Positions 14,476 through 21,954 of a DNA stretch of 29,113 nucleotides are shown one piece after another. A model generated the notes under the pieces. It ran no database searches and was not told the origin of the DNA. It saw only the letters and a list, made by a program, of their open reading frames with translations. The stretch lies in IMG/VR virus record IMGVR_UViG_3300040971_000034, positions 1 to 29,113 of that record. One strand, given 5' to 3'. Each line of letters opens with the position of its first letter. Position 1 is the stretch's first letter. The translations under genes were made by a program, and so were the position numbers. The DNA comes from a virus. Lineage: Duplodnaviria > Caudoviricetes.

Positions 14476-16246
14476 AACGTATAGAATAAAAATACAAGTG
14501 CCTGAGGGGGTTGTCGAGCGCGAGGTTGATGCCGAAAAGCGCTTGAAGGCAGATGGAGAGTATCTTGAGACTGGCTGGCGCGTGCTGGGTGTCCCGTATG
14601 GCGGGCCGGTGCAGGGGCGCGATCTGGACGGAGAGACGTTTACTTCCGATACCGACATCTGGCTGAAAACCGGCGATCAAGTGAATATCACCTACTATCA
14701 TGGTTTCGATCCAGATGAAATGGGCAAAAAGCAGGACGTGCCGGCGCTAATTGGCAAAGCCACCTATGTAGGGGCAGATGAACGCGGGCATTGGTTCGAT
14801 CCTGTTTTAGACGCAGACGAACCCCTGGCGCAGCGGTTGATGAAAGCGAGTCTTGACAGCTTACGGGCATCAAGTGGGGCAGTGAGCCACCTGGTTAGAA
14901 AAGGCGCGGGCGGACTGATAAGCGTGTGGCCGGTTGGGGAACTGGCGCTGTTTGACATGAATGAATGGCGAAAACCGGCAAATGATTTTGCCGTTATCGA
15001 AGCAAAAGCCGAAGTAATCGCGGAGGCAATCCCAGAGGCTGAGGGATCAGCGGTGGATGCGGTCGAGGAATCGGTTGAAGCTGAACAAAAATCAATTTCA
15101 ACAATTCCTAAGGAGGAAAATAAAATGGACGAAAAAGAAATCGTCGAAAACGAAGTAAAGGCTGAAGAGCCTAAAGTGGATATCAAGGCTGAACTTGAAT
15201 CCATGAGAAAGTCAATTATTGACGAACTGAAAGCCGCACCTGGCATTGAACGGGGAGAGAGAACCATAAAAGCGCCCGCTGTGATCGATGGTCTCGGCGA
15301 GAAAAGCTATAAAAGCGCATTTTGGGATTATGTGCGCACTGGAGAGGTGTCCAATATCCGTAAGGCGTCAAAAGCCGCCTTGCAGGAAGGCACGACCACA
15401 GAAGGTGGTTATCTCGTCCCTGACGATGAATATGGTTCGATTATCGCTAAGCGCGACGAGGAATCGATTATCAGCAAACTCGGTTTGATGCGGGTTACCA
15501 CCGATCGGGATAAATACAACTTCCCGACTGAGAACGCGAGCCTTGCCAAGTTTACACTGGTGGCTGAAGAAGGTGCGATTAGTGCTGCTGAAGAAGAGCC
15601 TACTTTCGCGCAGGTTTCAGTTCCGGTTTATAAGTTCACCAAGTTAATCAAGATATCTGAAGAACTATTGGAAGATGAAAACAGTAATCTTGAGGCATTC
15701 CTGACCAACGCTATCGGTCGCGCAGTGGCTGACACTGAAAACTACTACGCTTTGATCGGTGCGGGTTCGACCGAGCCGCAAGGCGCGTTTGTCGGCGGCA
15801 CGGCTGGATTGTCATTTGACTCAGCATCTGCTATCGGTGCAGCTGAAATCCCTGAATTGATGGGGAAGCTCGGATCACCGTATCACACAGGCGCGGCTTG
15901 GGTTATGGACCCCGCGACCTGGTTCTACCTGAAAGGCTTGAGCGGCAACCCGTTCGTATTCACGAGCGGTGTGGCTCGCTTGAGCGGTACTGTTGACGGC
16001 CCAACGCTGGAAGGCTATCCGGTAGTGCTGAATAGCAATGTGGCTAATATTGCAGCGAGCGCCAAGTCTTTGATGTTTGGCAACTTCAACTACATGGGCT
16101 TTGTGACCAATCGCGGTTTGAGAATCCGCCGCTTGAATGAGCTTTATGCTGACACAGGGCAGGTTGGCATTTTGGCTACCTACCGCTTCGGCTGTGCAGT
16201 TCTGCAGGCAGAGGCGTTCCAGTACGCAACCCACCCATCAGCTTAG
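14468..16246 (+). CDS. Prohead protease fused in frame to HK97-fold major capsid protein
   Basis: N-terminal RDLDGETF, YYHG, IGK, DERG.W and SSGA protease motifs. C-terminal EGGYLVP, V.EEGA, ISEELLED and GYPVV capsid motifs. No stop between the two parts. Confidence 0.9.
   Translation: MSETYRIKIQVPEGVVEREVDAEKRLKADGEYLETGWRVLGVPYGGPVQGRDLDGETFTSDTDIWLKTGDQVNITYYHGFDPDEMGKKQDVPALIGKATYVGADERGHWFDPVLDADEPLAQRLMKASLDSLRASSGAVSHLVRKGAGGLISVWPVGELALFDMNEWRKPANDFAVIEAKAEVIAEAIPEAEGSAVDAVEESVEAEQKSISTIPKEENKMDEKEIVENEVKAEEPKVDIKAELESMRKSIIDELKAAPGIERGERTIKAPAVIDGLGEKSYKSAFWDYVRTGEVSNIRKASKAALQEGTTTEGGYLVPDDEYGSIIAKRDEESIISKLGLMRVTTDRDKYNFPTENASLAKFTLVAEEGAISAAEEEPTFAQVSVPVYKFTKLIKISEELLEDENSNLEAFLTNAIGRAVADTENYYALIGAGSTEPQGAFVGGTAGLSFDSASAIGAAEIPELMGKLGSPYHTGAAWVMDPATWFYLKGLSGNPFVFTSGVARLSGTVDGPTLEGYPVVLNSNVANIAASAKSLMFGNFNYMGFVTNRGLRIRRLNELYADTGQVGILATYRFGCAVLQAEAFQYATHPSA
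15125..16246 (+). CDS. Major capsid protein from an internal in-frame start
   Basis: Perfect AAGGAGG at 15110-15116, 8 nt upstream of in-frame ATG 15125 (MDEKEIVENE...), in an A-rich context. Confidence 0.75.
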   Translation: MDEKEIVENEVKAEEPKVDIKAELESMRKSIIDELKAAPGIERGERTIKAPAVIDGLGEKSYKSAFWDYVRTGEVSNIRKASKAALQEGTTTEGGYLVPDDEYGSIIAKRDEESIISKLGLMRVTTDRDKYNFPTENASLAKFTLVAEEGAISAAEEEPTFAQVSVPVYKFTKLIKISEELLEDENSNLEAFLTNAIGRAVADTENYYALIGAGSTEPQGAFVGGTAGLSFDSASAIGAAEIPELMGKLGSPYHTGAAWVMDPATWFYLKGLSGNPFVFTSGVARLSGTVDGPTLEGYPVVLNSNVANIAASAKSLMFGNFNYMGFVTNRGLRIRRLNELYADTGQVGILATYRFGCAVLQAEAFQYATHPSA

Positions 16247-16274
16247 GCTGACTAATTAACGAAGCAGAGGCACT

Positions 16275-17231
16275 GTGAAACCAATTGGGGAATTGAAAAA
16301 CATCCATGAGGGACATGACATTTATGTTGTGGCTTCCGGTGCCTCTGCTGATAAGGTAAAAATATTATTATTCTGTCCGACCTATAAGCTGGCAGGCGGG
16401 AAGTTGGCAATTCATAAAGAGACGCGGGAAAGCATTGAAAAGTTAACTATTCCAGATGGTGTTGAGCTCGAAGTTGAGATAAGCACAAACAATCCAAATG
16501 GGTTAACTGGAAACAGTAAGCAGGATCACGAGAATACGCTTTATCAATATCGCTATGCGAGGCAGAGAATGTTATCCGGCGATTACGATTATCTGTTCAC
16601 TGTTGAGCACGACATGATAATCCCTGAAGATGCGCTGGTGAAAATGCTTGCAATGGATGCGGATGTGGTTTATGGACTGTATCTGCTTCGCCATTTCAAA
16701 CCGGTATTAAATGCCCTTCGTTCTGTGAATTCCAGATGGCCTGATGCGAGTTTGACCATGTTTCCTGAGATTGTGAACAAGGCAAAAGCGCAAGGCTGGA
16801 TCGAAGTAAGCGGTGTGGGTTTTGGCTGTACGTTGATCCGGCGCAAGGTGTTGGAAAAATTAGATATGAGGCGGAGTGAAATTGGCGGGCATCCGAGCCC
16901 GGACATGCCATTTGCCGCTGACTGTATGAGGAACGGCTTCAGACAGATATGCAGATTTGACGTTATTTGCGGGCATATAAAGCCGGATGGCGATGTGTTG
17001 GTCCCGTTTGAGAGAGGTGATGCTATGAGTGAGTCTATCAAGATTTATGTTATGCGCGAATTTGTGGCTAACATAGGCGGAAAGTCCGTGCCGTATAAAG
17101 AGGGCGCGACCGCCGACATGCCTGAGGAATATGTGGATGATTACATGCGCTGTGGGTTTATCACCTATGCAGTAGAGCCGGCTGTAAAAGTGGTCATGAA
17201 GCCTAAAAGCAAGGTTAAAGCGGTGAAGTAA
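16275..17231 (+). CDS. GT-A fold (GT2-like) glycosyltransferase, tripartite fusion
   Basis: KILLFCPTY beta1, YDYLFTVEHDMIIPEDAL (ExD at the DxD position), ADVVYGLY, GFGCTLIRRKVLE, DMPF...C...GF and CGH motifs. Confidence 0.85.
   Translation: MKPIGELKNIHEGHDIYVVASGASADKVKILLFCPTYKLAGGKLAIHKETRESIEKLTIPDGVELEVEISTNNPNGLTGNSKQDHENTLYQYRYARQRMLSGDYDYLFTVEHDMIIPEDALVKMLAMDADVVYGLYLLRHFKPVLNALRSVNSRWPDASLTMFPEIVNKAKAQGWIEVSGVGFGCTLIRRKVLEKLDMRRSEIGGHPSPDMPFAADCMRNGFRQICRFDVICGHIKPDGDVLVPFERGDAMSESIKIYVMREFVANIGGKSVPYKEGATADMPEEYVDDYMRCGFITYAVEPAVKVVMKPKSKVKAVK
17025..17231 (+). CDS. Possible nested 68-aa head-associated protein from an internal start
   Basis: GAGGTGA at 17014-17020 precedes in-frame ATG 17025. 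YKEG...DMPEE.....MRCGF plus a Lys-rich tail resembles small post-capsid proteins. Confidence 0.45.
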   Translation: MSESIKIYVMREFVANIGGKSVPYKEGATADMPEEYVDDYMRCGFITYAVEPAVKVVMKPKSKVKAVK

Positions 17232-17800
17232 TGGCATACGCGAACCTAAGCAACCTGAAAGATTATCTGGGTATCACCACAAACGGCGATGATAACCTGC
17301 TGACCGACCTGCTGACACGTGCTGAAGGGGTGATTGACGCTTACACCGGCAGGCATTTTGAAGCAGAGACCGCCACAAAGTATTTCAACTCAGACGACAC
17401 GTACGGGCGGGAATTGAATCTCTATGGCTACGATCTGCTGACTGTTACAAAACTGACTAACGGCAATGCGGTTGAGATTGCTTCTGGCAATTACAGACTA
17501 TTGCCGCGTAATGACGATCCGAAATGGATTATCAAGTTGGATGAGGATTATAGTTGGGAGTTTGACGATTCAGATAGTGAAATCAGCGTGGCTGGCACAT
17601 GGGGCTATTCTGCGACTGCACCTGCTGACATTACTCATGCTTGCATAAGGCTTGCGGCTTTTATCTACCGGCAAAAGGATACCAGTGCTGACATTGACCG
17701 ACCGCTTGTGACGGGTGACGGCGTAACGATTATGCCTTCAGGGCTGCCTTCGGATGTGCAGAAATTACTTGACCGGTATAAAAGGCGGTTGGGGATATGA
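17231..17800 (+). CDS. Head-tail connector (gp6/gp15-like)
   Basis: MAYA....LKDYLGI....DD.LL..L...A...ID.YTGR.F, WGYS..P.DI..A and V..LL..YKR motifs. Confidence 0.88.
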   Translation: MAYANLSNLKDYLGITTNGDDNLLTDLLTRAEGVIDAYTGRHFEAETATKYFNSDDTYGRELNLYGYDLLTVTKLTNGNAVEIASGNYRLLPRNDDPKWIIKLDEDYSWEFDDSDSEISVAGTWGYSATAPADITHACIRLAAFIYRQKDTSADIDRPLVTGDGVTIMPSGLPSDVQKLLDRYKRRLGI

Positions 17801-18261
17801 GCGTAATTACCAACGTTTACGAAGCGCTTGAAGCGAAGACGGTGACAACCACTTCCGGCAAGACACCGACCGTGTTCGGGCTGGACGAACTGCCTGAGAA
17901 TATCACAACCTCGCACCTGCCGTGCAGGCTATTGCTTCCAGTTGGGGGCAATCCTGGCGAGGGGCGGGATATGTCATTTATCGCGATTGGGACGGGGGTG
18001 ACGATCACATGGCAGATAACCGATCTGATGCTTTGGCAGGCGAGCGAGCAGGGGATTGGGCTCAGGGAGTTTGCGCCCGAGATCGTTGACTATGCCGGCA
18101 AGTACGTTGACATGCTGAGGACGTTTAGATGTCCTCACCAAAACACCGCTTTGGAGTCTGCATCAATGACGCCTGGCGAGTACGAATGGCCGCGCGGAAG
18201 CGGGCGGTTTTATGCTGGCGTGTTATGCCAGTTGAATATCACGGAGGTAGCAAGTGGATAA
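17797..18261 (+). CDS. Tail terminator/completion protein (probable)
   Basis: Size and position between connector and tail tube. Confidence 0.6.
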   Translation: MSVITNVYEALEAKTVTTTSGKTPTVFGLDELPENITTSHLPCRLLLPVGGNPGEGRDMSFIAIGTGVTITWQITDLMLWQASEQGIGLREFAPEIVDYAGKYVDMLRTFRCPHQNTALESASMTPGEYEWPRGSGRFYAGVLCQLNITEVASG

Positions 18262-18418
18262 ATATATCTACAAAGGTGAAGGCTACTTCGCTGGCGTTCC
18301 GGCGCGGGACATGAGTGCTGAGGAATGGGCGGAGCTGCCGAAAGAAATCCAGAAGGCAGCCTTGAAAGCTGGGCTGTATGAAAAAGAGAAAGAAAAATCA
18401 GAGGTGAAAGATGCTTAA
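18254..18418 (+). CDS. Small hypothetical protein, 54 aa (not in ORF track)
   Basis: GTG after GGAGGT: MDKYIYKGEGYFAGVPARDMSAEEWAELPKEIQKAALKAGLYEKEKEKSEVKDA*. Confidence 0.75.
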   Translation: MDKYIYKGEGYFAGVPARDMSAEEWAELPKEIQKAALKAGLYEKEKEKSEVKDA

Positions 18419-19394
18419 TGCGCATAATGTTTTACAGTCCGCATGGCAGACTGCGTTCGGAACGGCGGTTACGACTTCTACGGTCAAGCTGCAGAATGTA
18501 TCCAGTTTCAAGCTGCGTCCTGAATTTCAGACGCGGGCTTTAGACCAACTAAGGGGCACGCTTGCTCCGACCCATCAGACTACGCTGGATCACTACGCTG
18601 GTTCTGCATCGTTCGAAGTCAGCGACGAATCGTTTGAAGATGTGAACTACTGGCTTGAAGCTTTGTTTGGTGCTGCCACTCCAAGCGGGGCGGGTCCGTA
18701 CACGCGTACTTATAACGCGCCTACTACCAGCGGGGTTACTCCTCACTTCATGACGCTTCAGTACGGACAGACCGATGAGGTCTGGCAATTGCAGGATGCT
18801 TCAGTAGCAAGCCTGACACTTTCCGGCGCGAACAATACCGGTGTTCAAGTCGGCGGCTCTATCCTCGGCGGGAAGGTGGTTGCAGGCGCGCTGCAGTCTT
18901 TGGCAGACCGGACGGCCGTTACCAGAATGAGCGGCTGCATGGCTTCGGTATCAATTGAGACCTGGACTGGCAGCACGTTCACGGCTTTAGCGAGCTCGGC
19001 TTTTAGCTGGGAACTGTCTATCAACTCCAACCGCGAATATCGAGGTTATTTAGGCGATTGCACTCCGACTGCACACCATGACCAGAAATGGAACGGGCAG
19101 CTCAAACTTAGCTTGGAGCTGAACGATTCTACCGACGATCACTTGATCGCCATGTTAGGCGCGGCATCTGCTATCTTGGAAAAGCAAGTCCGGATCACTT
19201 ACACAACTGGCACAAGCACCGGTTTACGCTCGATGGTTTTGACCTTTGCGGGGCACTCCATGCAAGCGCCTGAGATGTTCCCGGATCGCAACGGCGTCAT
19301 GACCTACGATCTGGTTCTGGACGGCGTGTATAACCCGACATTGAGCAACTGGTTGAAGATTGAAACCAAGTCTGAAACCGCAGTACTGGCATAA
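18411..19394 (+). CDS. Major tail tube protein
   Basis: 327 aa, Thr/Ser/Gly-rich beta protein directly upstream of the chaperone and tape measure; GAGGTGA RBS. Confidence 0.8.
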   Translation: MLNAHNVLQSAWQTAFGTAVTTSTVKLQNVSSFKLRPEFQTRALDQLRGTLAPTHQTTLDHYAGSASFEVSDESFEDVNYWLEALFGAATPSGAGPYTRTYNAPTTSGVTPHFMTLQYGQTDEVWQLQDASVASLTLSGANNTGVQVGGSILGGKVVAGALQSLADRTAVTRMSGCMASVSIETWTGSTFTALASSAFSWELSINSNREYRGYLGDCTPTAHHDQKWNGQLKLSLELNDSTDDHLIAMLGAASAILEKQVRITYTTGTSTGLRSMVLTFAGHSMQAPEMFPDRNGVMTYDLVLDGVYNPTLSNWLKIETKSETAVLA

Positions 19395-19419
19395 CAAAAA
19401 ATAGAAACTGGAGCGGATA

Positions 19420-19698
19420 ATGGAATTTGAACACGAGAAATTTGGTAAGTGCGTACTGCTTGAAATCAATCAAAAAATGCTTGAGGACTTTCACCGCGAC
19501 ATGAAGGGCAAGGAAACACAGCCTTTATCCGTATGGCGCGGTGATTCTGTCCGGGCGGCGGTGAAACAGGGCATCATGACCGAGCCGAAGTGGACGCTCG
19601 ATGATGTGGATAACGCCAAGCCTGCACACATTGTTTGGCTTGCTGATTGTATCGCAAAGTTAATTAGCGAGGCAATGAACCTCGACCCTTTATCCTAA
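19420..19698 (+). CDS. Tail assembly chaperone (gpG-like)
   Basis: Position; ends at slippery heptamer CCCTTTA. Confidence 0.8.
   Translation: MEFEHEKFGKCVLLEINQKMLEDFHRDMKGKETQPLSVWRGDSVRAAVKQGIMTEPKWTLDDVDNAKPAHIVWLADCIAKLISEAMNLDPLS
19686..19692 (+). promoter_or_regulatory. -1 programmed ribosomal frameshift site C CCT TTA
   Basis: X XXY YYZ heptamer in the correct phase. The -1 frame is open from 19686 to the stop at 19982. Confidence 0.8.
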
Positions 19699-19982
19699 TT
19701 GAGGTTGCCAACTTTGCAGAGGGCGAAGGCGCGATGCCAAGACTGCTTGAATTGAGCCTGAATTGTGAGGAGTACCGTGCGCTGCCTTACTCCGGTGGGG
19801 TGATGGAACAGCCGGCTGGCTTGATGCGCAAATTGAGGCAGGTTGGCAATGTGTACAAGGCGTTTCAGGCGTACAAGAACGAGGGGCAAAAGCCAGGTGA
19901 AACGGCAAAGTGGAAACACCAGAATGAGCAGATATGGGCGATTGTGCGTGAAGTGAATGAATTGAGAGAAAAGTATGCCTAA
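19692..19982 (+). CDS. Tail assembly chaperone gpT part, expressed as a G-T fusion
   Basis: -1 frame reads ILIEVANFAEGEGAMPRLL...LPYSGGVMEQP...; the LP..GG..(D/E)QP motif is typical of pre-tape-measure proteins. Confidence 0.75.
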   Translation: MLIEVANFAEGEGAMPRLLELSLNCEEYRALPYSGGVMEQPAGLMRKLRQVGNVYKAFQAYKNEGQKPGETAKWKHQNEQIWAIVREVNELREKYA

Positions 19983-21954
19983 TCTACAGATTATAATCAG
20001 TGCGCTAAACAAAGCCAGCCAAGACATCAATAAGGTCAAGTCCGAAATCAAGGGTGTTGGCGATTCTGGTAAAGAGGCTCAAGGCGGGGTGAAAGGTTTT
20101 GGTGCCTCGCTTACCAGCATGATGGGGACTGCCGCCTTAGTAACTGGCGCGGTGGTTGCCGTCGGCGCGGCGATAAAACAGGTTCAGGACGCGGCAAAAG
20201 AGGGGGCGGCTTTCCAACGGATGGAAGACGCTTCTGGCAGTTTAGCACGCTCCCTTGATGCAGACATGGGTGTAATCATGGATGCCCTGCGAGAGGCTTC
20301 GCTTGGCATGGTTAGCGACTTCGACCTTATGCAAGCGGCTTCGCGCGCTATGATGCTGGGAGTAAGCGCGGATAGTGGAGAGCTGGCTCAACTGATGGAA
20401 GTTGCTGCTCTTCGCGGGCGGGCAATGGGTCTGTCAACTACGCAGGCATTCAACGATATCGTTACCGGCATCGGGCGGGCTTCACCGCTTATTTTGGATA
20501 ATCTTGGTATTGTGATTGATGCAGAGGCGCGTTACAAGGCTTATGCCGAAGCTATTGGGAAAACATCTGAAGAGCTGACAAAGGCAGAAAAGACGCAAGC
20601 CTTGCTGAACGGTGTTCTGGAAAGTTCAAAGGGCTTACTGGAAGAAACGGGGGGCTTGACGGTTGATAATGCTGGCAAATGGGAACAGATGGCAGCGGCT
20701 CAAAAGAACTATTTTGACTTGGTGAAGTCAGACATTGCGGATGCTACGAGCTGGTGGGCGGAATATTGGGCGGCAGTGTTCAACGAAAAAGCCGATGTAA
20801 AAAGAACCCGAGAACTCTGGGAACAGGCACAAACCTTGATGTTGGTTACTGCCGAACTTCAGGCTGCTTATGATGCGGCGATGCTGGGCGGGCAAGGCGA
20901 TTATAACTTTATGATTCAAAACATGGAGGCTATAACTTCTTTAGTTGAAAATTATAAAGCCTCTATGCAGGCAGCGGCAGAAGGAACAGATGATTGGGCG
21001 GCATCTAACTATGAAGGCGCAGCGGCGGCTAATTTAGTGGCAGATGCTCAAGAGCGCAATAGAGAAGCACTTGCGGCTTCGAATGAAGAAATGGAACGCA
21101 TGGCGAAAATCCAGGCTGACCTTGCTGGCGTAACCTCACTTGAAAACAATTGGAAAGGTATCATCGATTTAGGCTTTGAGTTTACCGATATTCTTGCAGA
21201 TATAACCGAACAAGAAACAATCATGGCTAATAACCCTATTGGCTCAGAAAAGTACGAAGAAGCTAAGGGGAAGGTAGACGAACTAAAAGCAAAAATGACT
21301 GAGCTTGCTGACAAGGTTGTGCTGGATATGTTTGCGGCTACCATTGCAATCGGTGGAGTTACAGACGCCGAACTTGCCGCATATATGCAAATGGCGATTG
21401 ACATGGGATATATGTCTGAGGAGGGTGCTCAAGCTGCTATCACCGCTTACTCCAACGCAATGGAAACCATCAACGGATATAAAATAGACGATAAGACTGG
21501 CAATGTTATTGTTGACACGGCTGCTGCTTATGCGGCCTTCGATGCTTTGGAAAAATATGTATTGCTCGATAAAGAGCAGCGTGTTTTTGTCCGCACGTAT
21601 ACCGGAACCACTGGTGACTGGTACTCTCAAAACTATGAAGCCGTCGGCGGCGCGGTGCAGGGCGGCAATCCCTACACCTGGCAGGAGTACGGCTATCGCG
21701 GGGAGTTGTTTGTCCCGAGCGCAGACGGGTTCATCATGAGCCGTGCCGATGCGGAACGGGCATTGAGCAAGGCGCTCACGGGTGCAAACTCGGACGGGGG
21801 GATGGACGCGGACGCGGTTGGCAAAGCGGTGGCAGAGGCACTCATTCGGGCTGGCGGAAGTAAGGGCGGCAATGTATACAACCTGACTATGCCTACAAGC
21901 AGTAATCCGGCGGACGTTAGAACGGCATTTGAATTGATGGAGGCTTGGGCATAA
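19975..21954 (+). CDS. Tape measure protein
   Basis: 659 aa, Ala-rich and helical. I.ISA.N.AS..I N-terminus, GIGR.S..ILDNLGI motif, C-terminal A.GG.V......E....ELFVP..DG.I motif. Confidence 0.9.
   Translation: MPNLQIIISALNKASQDINKVKSEIKGVGDSGKEAQGGVKGFGASLTSMMGTAALVTGAVVAVGAAIKQVQDAAKEGAAFQRMEDASGSLARSLDADMGVIMDALREASLGMVSDFDLMQAASRAMMLGVSADSGELAQLMEVAALRGRAMGLSTTQAFNDIVTGIGRASPLILDNLGIVIDAEARYKAYAEAIGKTSEELTKAEKTQALLNGVLESSKGLLEETGGLTVDNAGKWEQMAAAQKNYFDLVKSDIADATSWWAEYWAAVFNEKADVKRTRELWEQAQTLMLVTAELQAAYDAAMLGGQGDYNFMIQNMEAITSLVENYKASMQAAAEGTDDWAASNYEGAAAANLVADAQERNREALAASNEEMERMAKIQADLAGVTSLENNWKGIIDLGFEFTDILADITEQETIMANNPIGSEKYEEAKGKVDELKAKMTELADKVVLDMFAATIAIGGVTDAELAAYMQMAIDMGYMSEEGAQAAITAYSNAMETINGYKIDDKTGNVIVDTAAAYAAFDALEKYVLLDKEQRVFVRTYTGTTGDWYSQNYEAVGGAVQGGNPYTWQEYGYRGELFVPSADGFIMSRADAERALSKALTGANSDGGMDADAVGKAVAEALIRAGGSKGGNVYNLTMPTSSNPADVRTAFELMEAWA

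Noticed and set aside
16238-16251. TCAGC-TTAG-GCTGA hairpin over the capsid stop as a terminator
   Set aside because: Only a 5-bp stem and no U tract; not supportable as an intrinsic terminator.
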